A stretch of DNA of 36,945 bases from Castellaniella sp. (GTDB lineage Bacteria; Pseudomonadota; Gammaproteobacteria; Burkholderiales; Burkholderiaceae_B): NCBI GenBank assembly GCA_027324645.1, contig DAHVSI010000238.1, positions 1-36,945 on the forward strand, in the 5' to 3' direction. This document shows positions 27,231 to 35,090 of the stretch, piece after piece. Position 1 is the stretch's first letter, and every line of letters starts with the position of its first letter. The notes below the pieces were generated by a model. It did no database searches. It was not told where the DNA came from and saw only the letters and a list, made by a program, of their open reading frames with translations. Made by a program: the position numbers and the translations under genes.

Positions 27231-27791
27231 ATGCCCGCCTTGTATCATCATGAATCCAGTGTGCTGATCATCGACATGCAGACACGCCTGTTGCCCGCCA
27301 TTGCGGGCCACCAGGAACTGGTTGGGTGTGTCGAGCGATTTGCCCAGGCAGCACGGTTGCTCGATGTGCCTGTGTTGGCCACAGAACACTGTGCCGACAA
27401 AATCGGCCCCACGACCGATGCGCTGACGCCACATATTGATGAGGTTTTTCAAAAAACGCACTTTGACGCAACGCAAGAGGCCGGGCTGACGCATTTCATG
27501 CGTCAAGGCCGGCACAGGGTGTTGTTGGCTGGCGTTGAGTCCCATATCTGTGTGTTGCAAACGGGGCTGGGGCTTAAACGGATGGGCTTTGAGCCAGTGC
27601 TGGTTACAGACGGTGTTGGGTCGCGTCAACCTTCAGACCGCGAAGCGGCTCTGGCGCGGTGGGCCCATCATGGCCTGGAAGCCGTATCGTCCGAAATGGC
27701 GCTGTTTGAATGGATGGGGACACCCGCACATCCTTGTTTCCGCGAGGTCTTGGCGCTGCTTAAGGGGGCGCCAGAGCAGTCCAGCCAGTAG
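27231..27791 (+). CDS. isochorismatase-family hydrolase
   Basis: It has VLIIDMQ near the N-terminus and a GVESHICVLQT catalytic-Cys segment. AGGAG lies 6 nt upstream of the ATG at 27231. Confidence 0.8.
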   Translation: MPALYHHESSVLIIDMQTRLLPAIAGHQELVGCVERFAQAARLLDVPVLATEHCADKIGPTTDALTPHIDEVFQKTHFDATQEAGLTHFMRQGRHRVLLAGVESHICVLQTGLGLKRMGFEPVLVTDGVGSRQPSDREAALARWAHHGLEAVSSEMALFEWMGTPAHPCFREVLALLKGAPEQSSQ

Positions 27792-27946
27792 CAGCGCTTC
27801 CTTCTGTTCCGGGCTCTTCGTGTCTTTGCTCAATAAATGCCTGTAAGCATTTCATTTGTTTACAAAAGCAAGGGCTTGGATAATCTGTTTGATCTGATTT
27901 ACGTTACAGTGATCTCATGATTGACAGTGTTAACCAGGAGAGTCAA

Positions 27947-28174
27947 ATGATTACCGGACGGTTTGTTAAATTAGCTTCTGCGAGCTTGCTGGCTATAAGC
28001 TTGGCAGGCTGTGCGTCGTGGGACGGCATGAGCCATCGACAGAAAAGCGCAGTGACAGGCGCCGGGGTTGGTGGCGTAGCCGGGGCTGCCATTACGGGTG
28101 GCGGCGTGCTGGGTACCGCAGGTGGTGCCGCTATTGGTGGCGTTGTCGGTGACCAGATCGGTAAACACCGCTAG
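27947..28174 (+). CDS. glycine-zipper (OsmB-like) small lipoprotein
   Basis: I chose the start MITGRFVKL with AGGAGA upstream. It has an LAGC lipobox and a Gly-rich GAGVGGVAGAAITGGGVLGTAGGAAIGGVVG zipper. Confidence 0.75.
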   Translation: MITGRFVKLASASLLAISLAGCASWDGMSHRQKSAVTGAGVGGVAGAAITGGGVLGTAGGAAIGGVVGDQIGKHR

Positions 28175-28193
28175 TTAAAGATGCGCACCACCA

Positions 28194-29495
28194 CTAGCGG
28201 TTAATGTGCTGGGGCAGCCACGTGGCCAGTTCAGGCCACGCAATCATGATCATGACCATAGCAATCATGACCAGAAACATCGGAAAGGCTGCCCGGGCCA
28301 AATACCCCAGGTCGTGTTTGGTCATGCCTTGCAGAATAAACAGGTTGAATCCTACCGGTGGGGTAATTTGCGCCATTTCGACCGTAATCACTACAAAGAT
28401 GCCAAACCAGATTGGGTCAATGCCAGCCTGGCGGATAATTGGCTCAATAATGCCAATGGTAAGTACCACGGCCGAAATGCCGTCCAGGAACATGCCAATC
28501 ACAACATAGAACAGGAGCAAGACCAGCAGCAGCTGGAATTGCGTTAGGCCCAGCGTGCCGATCCAGGTAGCCAGGGCACGGGGTAGGCCAATGTAGCCCA
28601 TGGCCAGGGTCAGGAAGGCAGCGCCGGCCAGTAACAGGGCAATCATGGCTGAGGTACGGGTGGCCCCCATCAGGCTGTCCGTGAATGTGCGCCACGATAA
28701 CGATCGTTGTATGGCCGAGATGACAAGGGCACCGACAACCCCTACAGCCGCCGCCTCGGTAGCCGTGGCAAGGCCGGTGTACATGGAGCCGATAACCAGC
28801 AAAATCAGCGCCACCACGGGGATGAGAGTGCGTGAGGCAGCCAGCTTTTGCTTAAAGCTGAGTGTGGTTTCCCCTGCAGGCTGCCAGTCGCGGGAAAAGC
28901 GGGCAGCCACAGCGGTGTAGAGCATGAACAGCAATGCCAGGATGATGCCTGGAATGATGCCGGCAATAAACAGCCTGGTAATGGATTCGTTGATGGTGAC
29001 GCCGTAAACAATTAGGATCAGAGACGGCGGGATCAGCAGACCAAGCGTAGCAGCGCCTGCCAGGGTGCCCATAATCAGGTGCTCGGGGTAATTGCGTTTG
29101 CGCAGCTCTGGGATGGACATGCGCCCGACGGTTGAGCAGGTTGCAGCGGAAGAGCCTGACACAGCGGCAAATACCGTACACCCCGCAATATTGGTGTGCA
29201 GCAGCCCGCCCGGGAGCCTGTGCAGCCAGGGCGCAAGCCCGTTGAACATGTCCTCGGACAAGCGCGTACGGTGCAGGATTTCCCCCATCCATATAAACAA
29301 TGGCAGGGCAGTAAGCGACCAGGAAGAGGATGAGCGCCACAGAATCGTCATCATGGCGTCGCCAGTGGGCCGCGTCACAAACAGTTCCATGCCGATATAG
29401 GCGCACCCCAGCAGTGCCAGCCCGACCCATAGGCCACTACCCAGCAGCAGAGCCAGGATAAAAAGAAAGGTGCCTATAACGTAGAAGGACTCCAT
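28194..29495 (-). CDS. TRAP transporter large permease (DctM family)
   Basis: 433-aa polytopic protein with a typical DctM N-terminus and length. It is last in the P-Q-M gene order. Confidence 0.9.
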   Translation of the reverse strand: MESFYVIGTFLFILALLLGSGLWVGLALLGCAYIGMELFVTRPTGDAMMTILWRSSSSWSLTALPLFIWMGEILHRTRLSEDMFNGLAPWLHRLPGGLLHTNIAGCTVFAAVSGSSAATCSTVGRMSIPELRKRNYPEHLIMGTLAGAATLGLLIPPSLILIVYGVTINESITRLFIAGIIPGIILALLFMLYTAVAARFSRDWQPAGETTLSFKQKLAASRTLIPVVALILLVIGSMYTGLATATEAAAVGVVGALVISAIQRSLSWRTFTDSLMGATRTSAMIALLLAGAAFLTLAMGYIGLPRALATWIGTLGLTQFQLLLVLLLFYVVIGMFLDGISAVVLTIGIIEPIIRQAGIDPIWFGIFVVITVEMAQITPPVGFNLFILQGMTKHDLGYLARAAFPMFLVMIAMVMIMIAWPELATWLPQHINR

Positions 29496-29519
29496 GCCGC
29501 TCGCTTCTTTTGGTAAGGG

Positions 29520-30068
29520 TTATTCGACAATATCGGGGACAATGTTGTCCTGGCGCCGTATCAGCAAAGACACCAGATTATCGGCAAAGCACAAGGCCAG
29601 AATGATTGCCCCTGCCGCCATGGGTGTTTGCACAATCCATAGCCTGGTATTGTCCTGTCCCTGGCTGACATCGCCCAGCACGTATGACCAATAGACCAGC
29701 GCAACCGCATGCCAGGACAGGGCAATGGAAAAAACCGCGCCCAGCAGGTGGCAAATGACTTCAGCCACGTAGCGCGCCTGACCCTTTAGGCGGCCCAGCA
29801 GCAGGCTGACCCTGACGTGCCCGTCGCGATTGAGCGTATAAGAAAACGCCAGAAATGATGCGGATGCCATCATGTACCCGGCGTAGCTGGCCGCGCCCGG
29901 GAAGCTGATGCCCATGGCGCGTGTGGCCATTTGAGCAACAATGATGCAAAGCAGGACAAAAAGACAGACGGCCGACAGGATGCCGGAGGCCAGGTACAGC
30001 CCATCCAGCGGTCGGCGCAGCTTGCATAGCAGCGAAGTCACGGGCGGTGTCTCGGGTTGGGGTAGCAA
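29520..30068 (-). CDS. TRAP transporter small permease (DctQ family); start uncertain (TTG 30068 or GTG 30041)
   Basis: About 170-182 aa with four hydrophobic segments, located between the DctP and DctM genes. The track start codon is TTG, only 2 nt after a strong hairpin. Confidence 0.78.
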   Translation of the reverse strand: MLPQPETPPVTSLLCKLRRPLDGLYLASGILSAVCLFVLLCIIVAQMATRAMGISFPGAASYAGYMMASASFLAFSYTLNRDGHVRVSLLLGRLKGQARYVAEVICHLLGAVFSIALSWHAVALVYWSYVLGDVSQGQDNTRLWIVQTPMAAGAIILALCFADNLVSLLIRRQDNIVPDIVE

Positions 30069-30070
30069 GG

Positions 30071-30094
30071 CGGGATCCGCCTGGGCGGATCCCG
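30071..30094 (-). other. perfect 10-bp GC-rich stem-loop in the dctP-dctQ intergenic spacer (likely mRNA-stabilising or decoupling element)
   Basis: CGGGATCCGC (30071-30080), a 4-nt loop, then GCGGATCCCG (30085-30094). It starts 9 nt after the dctP stop. No T-tract follows on the transcribed strand. Confidence 0.55.
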
Positions 30095-30103
30095 GTGACA
30101 GAG

Positions 30104-31087
30104 TTACTGCTTGGCGTTATAGGCTTCGAGGATCTCTTCCCCGTCAGAGCCTGCCCGCTCAAGCCACTCGTCGGCCATGATTTCGCCAAACTCTGCCAGC
30201 CCTTTTTCCAGCTCAGGGCTGGGGTCGCTGACCTTGACGCCATTTTCATTAAGCGTATCAAGGTATTCGGCGTCCAGTTTCTTGACCTTTTCAAGACCTT
30301 TTTCGTCGGTCATGGCGCCGCACTCGGAAATGGCGTCCTGCGTGCCGCTGTCCAGATCTTCCCATGCTTTCTTGTTGATGAACACGGTGTTGCGTGGCAG
30401 CCAGGCCTGCACATTGTAGAAATGCTTGATGCCCATTTCCCAGACTTTGGTGTCAACACCGGTTGTGCTGGATGTCATGAAGCTGTCGACCACACCTGTG
30501 GTGAGAGCCTGACCCAGTTCGGCCTGTTCGATTTGCATCGGGGACATGCCGGCGAGTTCGGCAATGCGTGCGGTGGCGGCGTTGTAGGCACGGAACTTGA
30601 TGCCTTTCAGGTCATCGACCGAGTTGATTTCTTTTTTGGTGTAAAAGCCGCTGGCTGGCCAGGGTACGGAGTACACATAAACCAGATTTTGTGAGTCAAG
30701 CAGGTCTTCCATGTAAGGCAGTGCGGTTTGCCAGAGCTGGTCGGAGGCGTCAAACGATGTGGCTATGAAGGGTATGGCTTCGACGCCGTAGAGTGCATTT
30801 TCGTTTTCGTGTGCAGAAGTGACCCGTTCGCCGATTTCTGCCTGGCCAGTTTGCACGGCGCGCTTGATGTCGTTACCGGCAAACAGCGAACCGTTAGGGT
30901 GGGTAGTGATGTCCAACTCACCGTCGGTCTTGTCCTTGACACATGTGGCGAATTCAGCAGCGTTTTCAGAGTGAAAGTTGCTGGCCGGATAAGCCAGCGG
31001 CATGTCCCACTTGGCTGCTTGTGCAGGTGTGGCAGCAAGACCCAGTGCTGCCATGGCCAACAGGGAAGGCAATGTTCTTTTGATCAT
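30104..31087 (-). CDS. TRAP transporter substrate-binding protein (DctP family)
   Basis: It has a signal peptide ending AQA and WDMPLAYPASNFHSE...IGER, typical of the DctP family. GGAGA lies 8 nt upstream of the ATG. Confidence 0.9.
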   Translation of the reverse strand: MIKRTLPSLLAMAALGLAATPAQAAKWDMPLAYPASNFHSENAAEFATCVKDKTDGELDITTHPNGSLFAGNDIKRAVQTGQAEIGERVTSAHENENALYGVEAIPFIATSFDASDQLWQTALPYMEDLLDSQNLVYVYSVPWPASGFYTKKEINSVDDLKGIKFRAYNAATARIAELAGMSPMQIEQAELGQALTTGVVDSFMTSSTTGVDTKVWEMGIKHFYNVQAWLPRNTVFINKKAWEDLDSGTQDAISECGAMTDEKGLEKVKKLDAEYLDTLNENGVKVSDPSPELEKGLAEFGEIMADEWLERAGSDGEEILEAYNAKQ

Positions 31088-31137
31088 GAATCGAGTCTCC
31101 AGTACAGATAGTTAAAATTATTGAGTTGAGTTGTTAC

Positions 31138-31160
31138 GTTATGACCGCGTTGGTCATAAC
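31138..31160. promoter_or_regulatory. perfect inverted repeat GTTATGACC-N5-GGTCATAAC, candidate operator in the dctP / helicase divergent region
   Basis: The 9-bp arms are exact reverse complements. Its centre is 62 bp upstream of the dctP ATG. An extra 8/9 half-site GATCATAAC lies at 31178-31186. Confidence 0.4.
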
Positions 31161-31268
31161 CAATCGTTGCTGGCCCCGATCATAACAAGCTCTTGTCTGT
31201 GTTGTCTGTCAGGATATTCCCGTCCTATTGGCAGCCAAATGATGCCTGGCTGCGGGTAAGCTGATTGC

Positions 31269-33275
31269 ATGACAACAACGCTGTCCGCTCTGCCAGATCA
31301 CGACGCGGCCGCCTCATCCGGTGCATCCCGAATATGGCAGCATCCTGCCCTGCGGTCCCTGACTGCCGAACAGCGGCAGGCCGTAGCTACGTGGGCGTCT
31401 CGTCAAGCTTTGGTGGCTGCCGCCGGGTCTGGGAAAACCGCAACCATGGTGGGCAAGGTGGTGTACAGCATACTGACCGGGCGCTATCGTCCCGAAGAGG
31501 TGCTGGTTCTGGCATTTAACCGTAGTGCGGCCCATGAGCTGCAGCAACGACTGGCCAGCCACATGGCGTATGACCATGCCGGTTCGGCAGGCGCCGCCAG
31601 AGCAACGGCCGATATTCGGGTGGCCACGATGCATGCGCTGGGGCTGTCCGTGGTCCGGCAGCAGCATCGTCGGGCGCTCAGGGTGGTAGACGATGTTCTG
31701 GACGAGGTGCTTGCGTATCTGCTGCAGACGGATGTGGCGTTCGCTGACAGGTGGCTGTTTTATCGTACGTTTGCTCATGTGCTCGTCAAACATCCTGATG
31801 AGTGTGCTTCGGCGGCGGCATGGCGCCGGTTTGTCAAAACTCATGGTCAGCGCAGCGGGCGCCGGGTCGGATTTTTGACGTTACGCAATGAGTGGGTGCA
31901 AACGCAGTTTGAACAGGCCGTTGCAAACTGGCTGTATTGCCATGGCTTAGCGTACCGGTACCGGCCAGAGGGTATAGGATCGTCGCTGGCCCGCGTCTGT
32001 CAGGGGCAGCTTGCGCGTCCTTTGTCAGGCCGCATGGTGTTTATTTTGGCCAGATCCGGCTGCCGCCTGTATTGTCTGTCCTCACCACGACGGGCGCCGG
32101 CTCGTGCAGGTGGCCACAGGGTTCTGCACGTCAGTTTGCAGGATTACCGTAGCGGTGCCTTGCCGGTCCGGCTGCGCACCCTGCTTTGCCCCGACCGGCG
32201 CAGCCCGCTGACGGGACGCATGCGTGTGGTGCTAGGCGCCCTTGGCTACCGTTTGGGGCGTAGTCAGCGAGCCACGCTATGTCGCGCCGTCAGTCTGGCA
32301 CGTCTGCGTGATCTGGCGGCAGCAGACCTGGCCAAGGCTGCGACGGGCAGTCATGCCCCGCAGCACGCAGGCTGGTACGGGCCCATGCTGCAGCAGCTTG
32401 TACGCAGTTATCGCCATATCATGCAGGAGCGTGGCGTGACTGACTATGAAGGGATGCTGGATCTGGCGGCGGAGCAGTTTGTGCAGGGCACATCGGATCA
32501 TGCCTATCAACTGATCCTGGTAGACGAATTCCAGGATACGTCGCCGGCAGCGGTACGACTGTTGCAGGCAATGCTGGCCAGCCGGCCCAAGTGTGATTTA
32601 TTTGTGGTGGGCGACGACTGGCAGTCCATTTATCATTTTGCGGGCGCTCAGTCCGATGTGCTGCAAACCTTTCAGGCACAGTTTGGGAAGGCCGTGGTAT
32701 CGCAGTTGACGTGCACATTTCGTTTCGATCAGCACCTGGCCAATATGGCTACCCGGTTTGTGCAGGCCAATCCGGCGCAGCTTGCCAAGCCGGTACGCGC
32801 CAATCGCCAGGGTAGTGCTTCCAGCGTGATCCACCATGCGTATGATTCAGTTGAACACATGTGGGAATGGTGTGAACGCTGTTTGCATACGCTGGCAGAG
32901 CGCATCGACGTCCCAATGGCAACCGTCATGATCCTGGGACGTTATCAGCATCAGTCGCCCGCACGGCTGCCGGCATGGAGGCACGCCTTTTCCCAGCTCA
33001 GCATTGATTATCATACGGTACATGCCGCCAAGGGTATGGAAGCGGACGCAGTGATCCTGATAGGCTTGGAAACGGGGCGCTATGGCTTTCCCTGCACACA
33101 GGATGACGATCCGCTGGTCTGCCTGGTACAGCGCAGCAACGAGACATTTTTGCATGCAACCGAGCGACGGCTTTTTTATGTAGCTCTGACCCGCGCCAGG
33201 TACCAGCTCTATCTGCTTGGCAGCGCTCAGCACCCATCTCCCTTTGTGCAGGAACTGGGTGTTACACCGTCCTGA
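31269..33275 (+). CDS. UvrD/Rep-type superfamily 1 helicase, helicase IV (HelD)-like core without the long N-terminal domain
   Basis: Walker A AGSGKT (31425-31439). Also present are DEFQDTS (motif II), VGDDWQSIY (III), VHAAKGMEADAVIL (V) and RRLFYVALTRAR (VI). The helicase IV-like segment FEQAVANWLYCHGLAYRY precedes an atypical central region. Confidence 0.8.
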   Translation: MTTTLSALPDHDAAASSGASRIWQHPALRSLTAEQRQAVATWASRQALVAAAGSGKTATMVGKVVYSILTGRYRPEEVLVLAFNRSAAHELQQRLASHMAYDHAGSAGAARATADIRVATMHALGLSVVRQQHRRALRVVDDVLDEVLAYLLQTDVAFADRWLFYRTFAHVLVKHPDECASAAAWRRFVKTHGQRSGRRVGFLTLRNEWVQTQFEQAVANWLYCHGLAYRYRPEGIGSSLARVCQGQLARPLSGRMVFILARSGCRLYCLSSPRRAPARAGGHRVLHVSLQDYRSGALPVRLRTLLCPDRRSPLTGRMRVVLGALGYRLGRSQRATLCRAVSLARLRDLAAADLAKAATGSHAPQHAGWYGPMLQQLVRSYRHIMQERGVTDYEGMLDLAAEQFVQGTSDHAYQLILVDEFQDTSPAAVRLLQAMLASRPKCDLFVVGDDWQSIYHFAGAQSDVLQTFQAQFGKAVVSQLTCTFRFDQHLANMATRFVQANPAQLAKPVRANRQGSASSVIHHAYDSVEHMWEWCERCLHTLAERIDVPMATVMILGRYQHQSPARLPAWRHAFSQLSIDYHTVHAAKGMEADAVILIGLETGRYGFPCTQDDDPLVCLVQRSNETFLHATERRLFYVALTRARYQLYLLGSAQHPSPFVQELGVTPS

Positions 33276-33341
33276 ATGGGCACACGGTTACAATAGCCGG
33301 TGCCAGTGTGTACCTAAGATGTCTTAACCGGAAACTGCAAC

Positions 33342-33779
33342 ATGCTGACAGCTTTGCTGGTCTTGGCCGCCGTGATGTTCGGCCTCTACAATGTATTCAT
33401 CAAGTTATCTGCCGCACATATCCAGCCGCTTCTAGGTGCTGTGGTACTGCAATTTGTGGCGGCATTTATCGGGCTGGGCTTTATGCTGGCCCTTAAAGTC
33501 GCTCAAGGCCTGTCTTTTCATGCTGCACCGCGTGGAATCATTATGGCAGTGGCCGCCGGCATTGCTATCGGGCTGGTCGAAATACTGACTTTTGTGATTT
33601 ACGGCAAGGGGATACCTGTTGCCGTGGGCAATCCACTGATCATTGGTGGCTCAATCATTGTGACCACCAGCCTGGGCGTCTGGTGGTTGCGAGAATCGCT
33701 TGGCTGGGTACCCAGTGTGGCGGTGCTGCTCATCGCGGCGGGCATCATGCTTTTAGCGTGGGATGCAGCTCGTGCGTGA
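33342..33779 (+). CDS. small EamA-like (DMT superfamily, single-domain) membrane protein
   Basis: 145 aa with about five hydrophobic helices and a composition typical of half-size DMT/EamA proteins. Confidence 0.65.
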   Translation: MLTALLVLAAVMFGLYNVFIKLSAAHIQPLLGAVVLQFVAAFIGLGFMLALKVAQGLSFHAAPRGIIMAVAAGIAIGLVEILTFVIYGKGIPVAVGNPLIIGGSIIVTTSLGVWWLRESLGWVPSVAVLLIAAGIMLLAWDAARA

Positions 33780-33833
33780 CGGTATGATAAAACCTTTTCA
33801 AGTTTCAAACGTTTCATCGGAAGGATTCACGCC

Positions 33834-35078
33834 ATGTTTGGCATAAAACGTTACCGGCAGGCCATTTTTTCCGGCCGGCTTGCTGGTCTTGCCCTGGTAT
33901 GTTCAGGGCTTATCGCCGCTCCCTCATTATCTGTCAGTCAAACCATCAAGATTGGCGAATTAAATAGTTACAAGTCGCAGCCTGCTTTTCTGGGGCCTTA
34001 TAAAAACGGCATGCAACTGGCCGTAGATCAGATCAACGACAAAGGTGGCGTCAATGGCAAGCAACTTGAGCTGATTGTCCGCGACGATCACGGTAATCCG
34101 GCCGATGCCGTTCGTGTGGCCGAAGAACTGCTGTCGCGTGACAAGGTGGATGTGCTGACGGGCACGTTCCTGTCGCATGTCGGCATGGCAGTCAGCGATT
34201 ACGCGCGCCATAAAAAGCGTTTTTTCCTGGCTTCTGAGCCGCTCACGGACAAGATGGTTTGGTCGGATGGTAACCGCTATACCTATCGGCTACGTAATTC
34301 CACCTATATGCAAGTAGCCATGCTGATCCCGGCAGCCGTCAAAATGAATAAAAAACGCTGGGCGATTGTGTATCCCAACTACGAGTATGGTCAGTCGGCG
34401 GTCCGGACGTTCAAAAAACTGCTGTCCGAGGCCCAGCCTGATGTGGAGTTTGTATCCGAGCAGGCCACGCCGCTTGGTAAGGTGGATGCTGGCAGTGTCG
34501 TTCAGGCTCTGGCCGACGCCGAGCCTGACGCGCTGTTCAACGTCTTGTTCGCTACCGATGTAGCGCGGTTTGTACGGGCCGGTAATCAGCGTCATGTTTT
34601 CGATGATTTGCCTGTTGTCAGTATGCTGACGGGCGAACCGGAATACCTGGACCCTCTGGGCACCGAAACCCCCGAGGGCTGGGTTGTGACGGGCTACCCC
34701 TGGTATGACATTGACACGCCCGAGCACGAGGCATTTTTGAGCGCCTATCAAGAACGCTACGATGATCATCCCAGACTGGGCACGCTCATTGGGTACAACA
34801 CCATCCTGTCGCTGGCTGCCGGTATTGACAAGGCAGGCTCTACCGATACCGAAGACCTTATTGAGGCATTCAGCGGCCTGGAGCTCATGACGCCGGTTGG
34901 GCAAATCCGGTATCGAGAGCTGGATAACCAGTCCACGATGGGTGCCCACGTTGGTCGCCTGGCCATCCAGGATGGTAAAGGCGTCATGGTGGATTCATAC
35001 TATGCCGATGGTGCCGATGTGCAGCCGGATGACGACGATGTTCGTCAGTGGCGACCCGAATCGGCAGACCAGCCGTAA
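33834..35078 (+). CDS. Liv-type ABC substrate-binding protein
   Basis: It has a signal peptide and IKIGELNSY...GMQLAVDQINDKGGVNGKQLELIVRDD, typical of the Leu/Ile/Val-binding protein family. Confidence 0.85.
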   Translation: MFGIKRYRQAIFSGRLAGLALVCSGLIAAPSLSVSQTIKIGELNSYKSQPAFLGPYKNGMQLAVDQINDKGGVNGKQLELIVRDDHGNPADAVRVAEELLSRDKVDVLTGTFLSHVGMAVSDYARHKKRFFLASEPLTDKMVWSDGNRYTYRLRNSTYMQVAMLIPAAVKMNKKRWAIVYPNYEYGQSAVRTFKKLLSEAQPDVEFVSEQATPLGKVDAGSVVQALADAEPDALFNVLFATDVARFVRAGNQRHVFDDLPVVSMLTGEPEYLDPLGTETPEGWVVTGYPWYDIDTPEHEAFLSAYQERYDDHPRLGTLIGYNTILSLAAGIDKAGSTDTEDLIEAFSGLELMTPVGQIRYRELDNQSTMGAHVGRLAIQDGKGVMVDSYYADGADVQPDDDDVRQWRPESADQP

Positions 35079-35090
35079 GTAAAGGGTCTC

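Noticed and set aside
26445-27629. A 394-aa minus-strand ORF antisense to ettA and the isochorismatase-family gene.
   Set aside because: It is antisense to two genes with clear family signatures. It spans an intergenic gap, is rich in His/Gln/Arg and has no recognisable motifs. This is a typical long shadow ORF of GC-rich DNA.
27835-27852. The AAATGC-N6-GCATTT hairpin after the isochorismatase-family gene, as a possible terminator.
   Set aside because: It is only a 6-bp AT-rich stem with an interrupted T-tail (CATTTGTTT), which is too weak to call. It may simply be part of the AT-rich promoter region of the glycine-zipper lipoprotein gene.
31937-32211. A simple frameshift pseudogene explanation for the odd central segment of the helicase.
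   Set aside because: Both alternative plus-strand frames contain stop codons in this interval, and their translations (Cys/Pro/Ala-rich) look no more helicase IV-like. The annotated frame stays open, and it resumes recognisable motifs downstream. I therefore keep it as an intact CDS with a divergent or eroded segment.
33806-33813. The 8-bp palindrome AAACGTTT and nearby GTTTCA repeats upstream of the second Liv-type binding-protein gene.
   Set aside because: It is too short to be distinguished from chance, and the flanks do not extend the symmetry.
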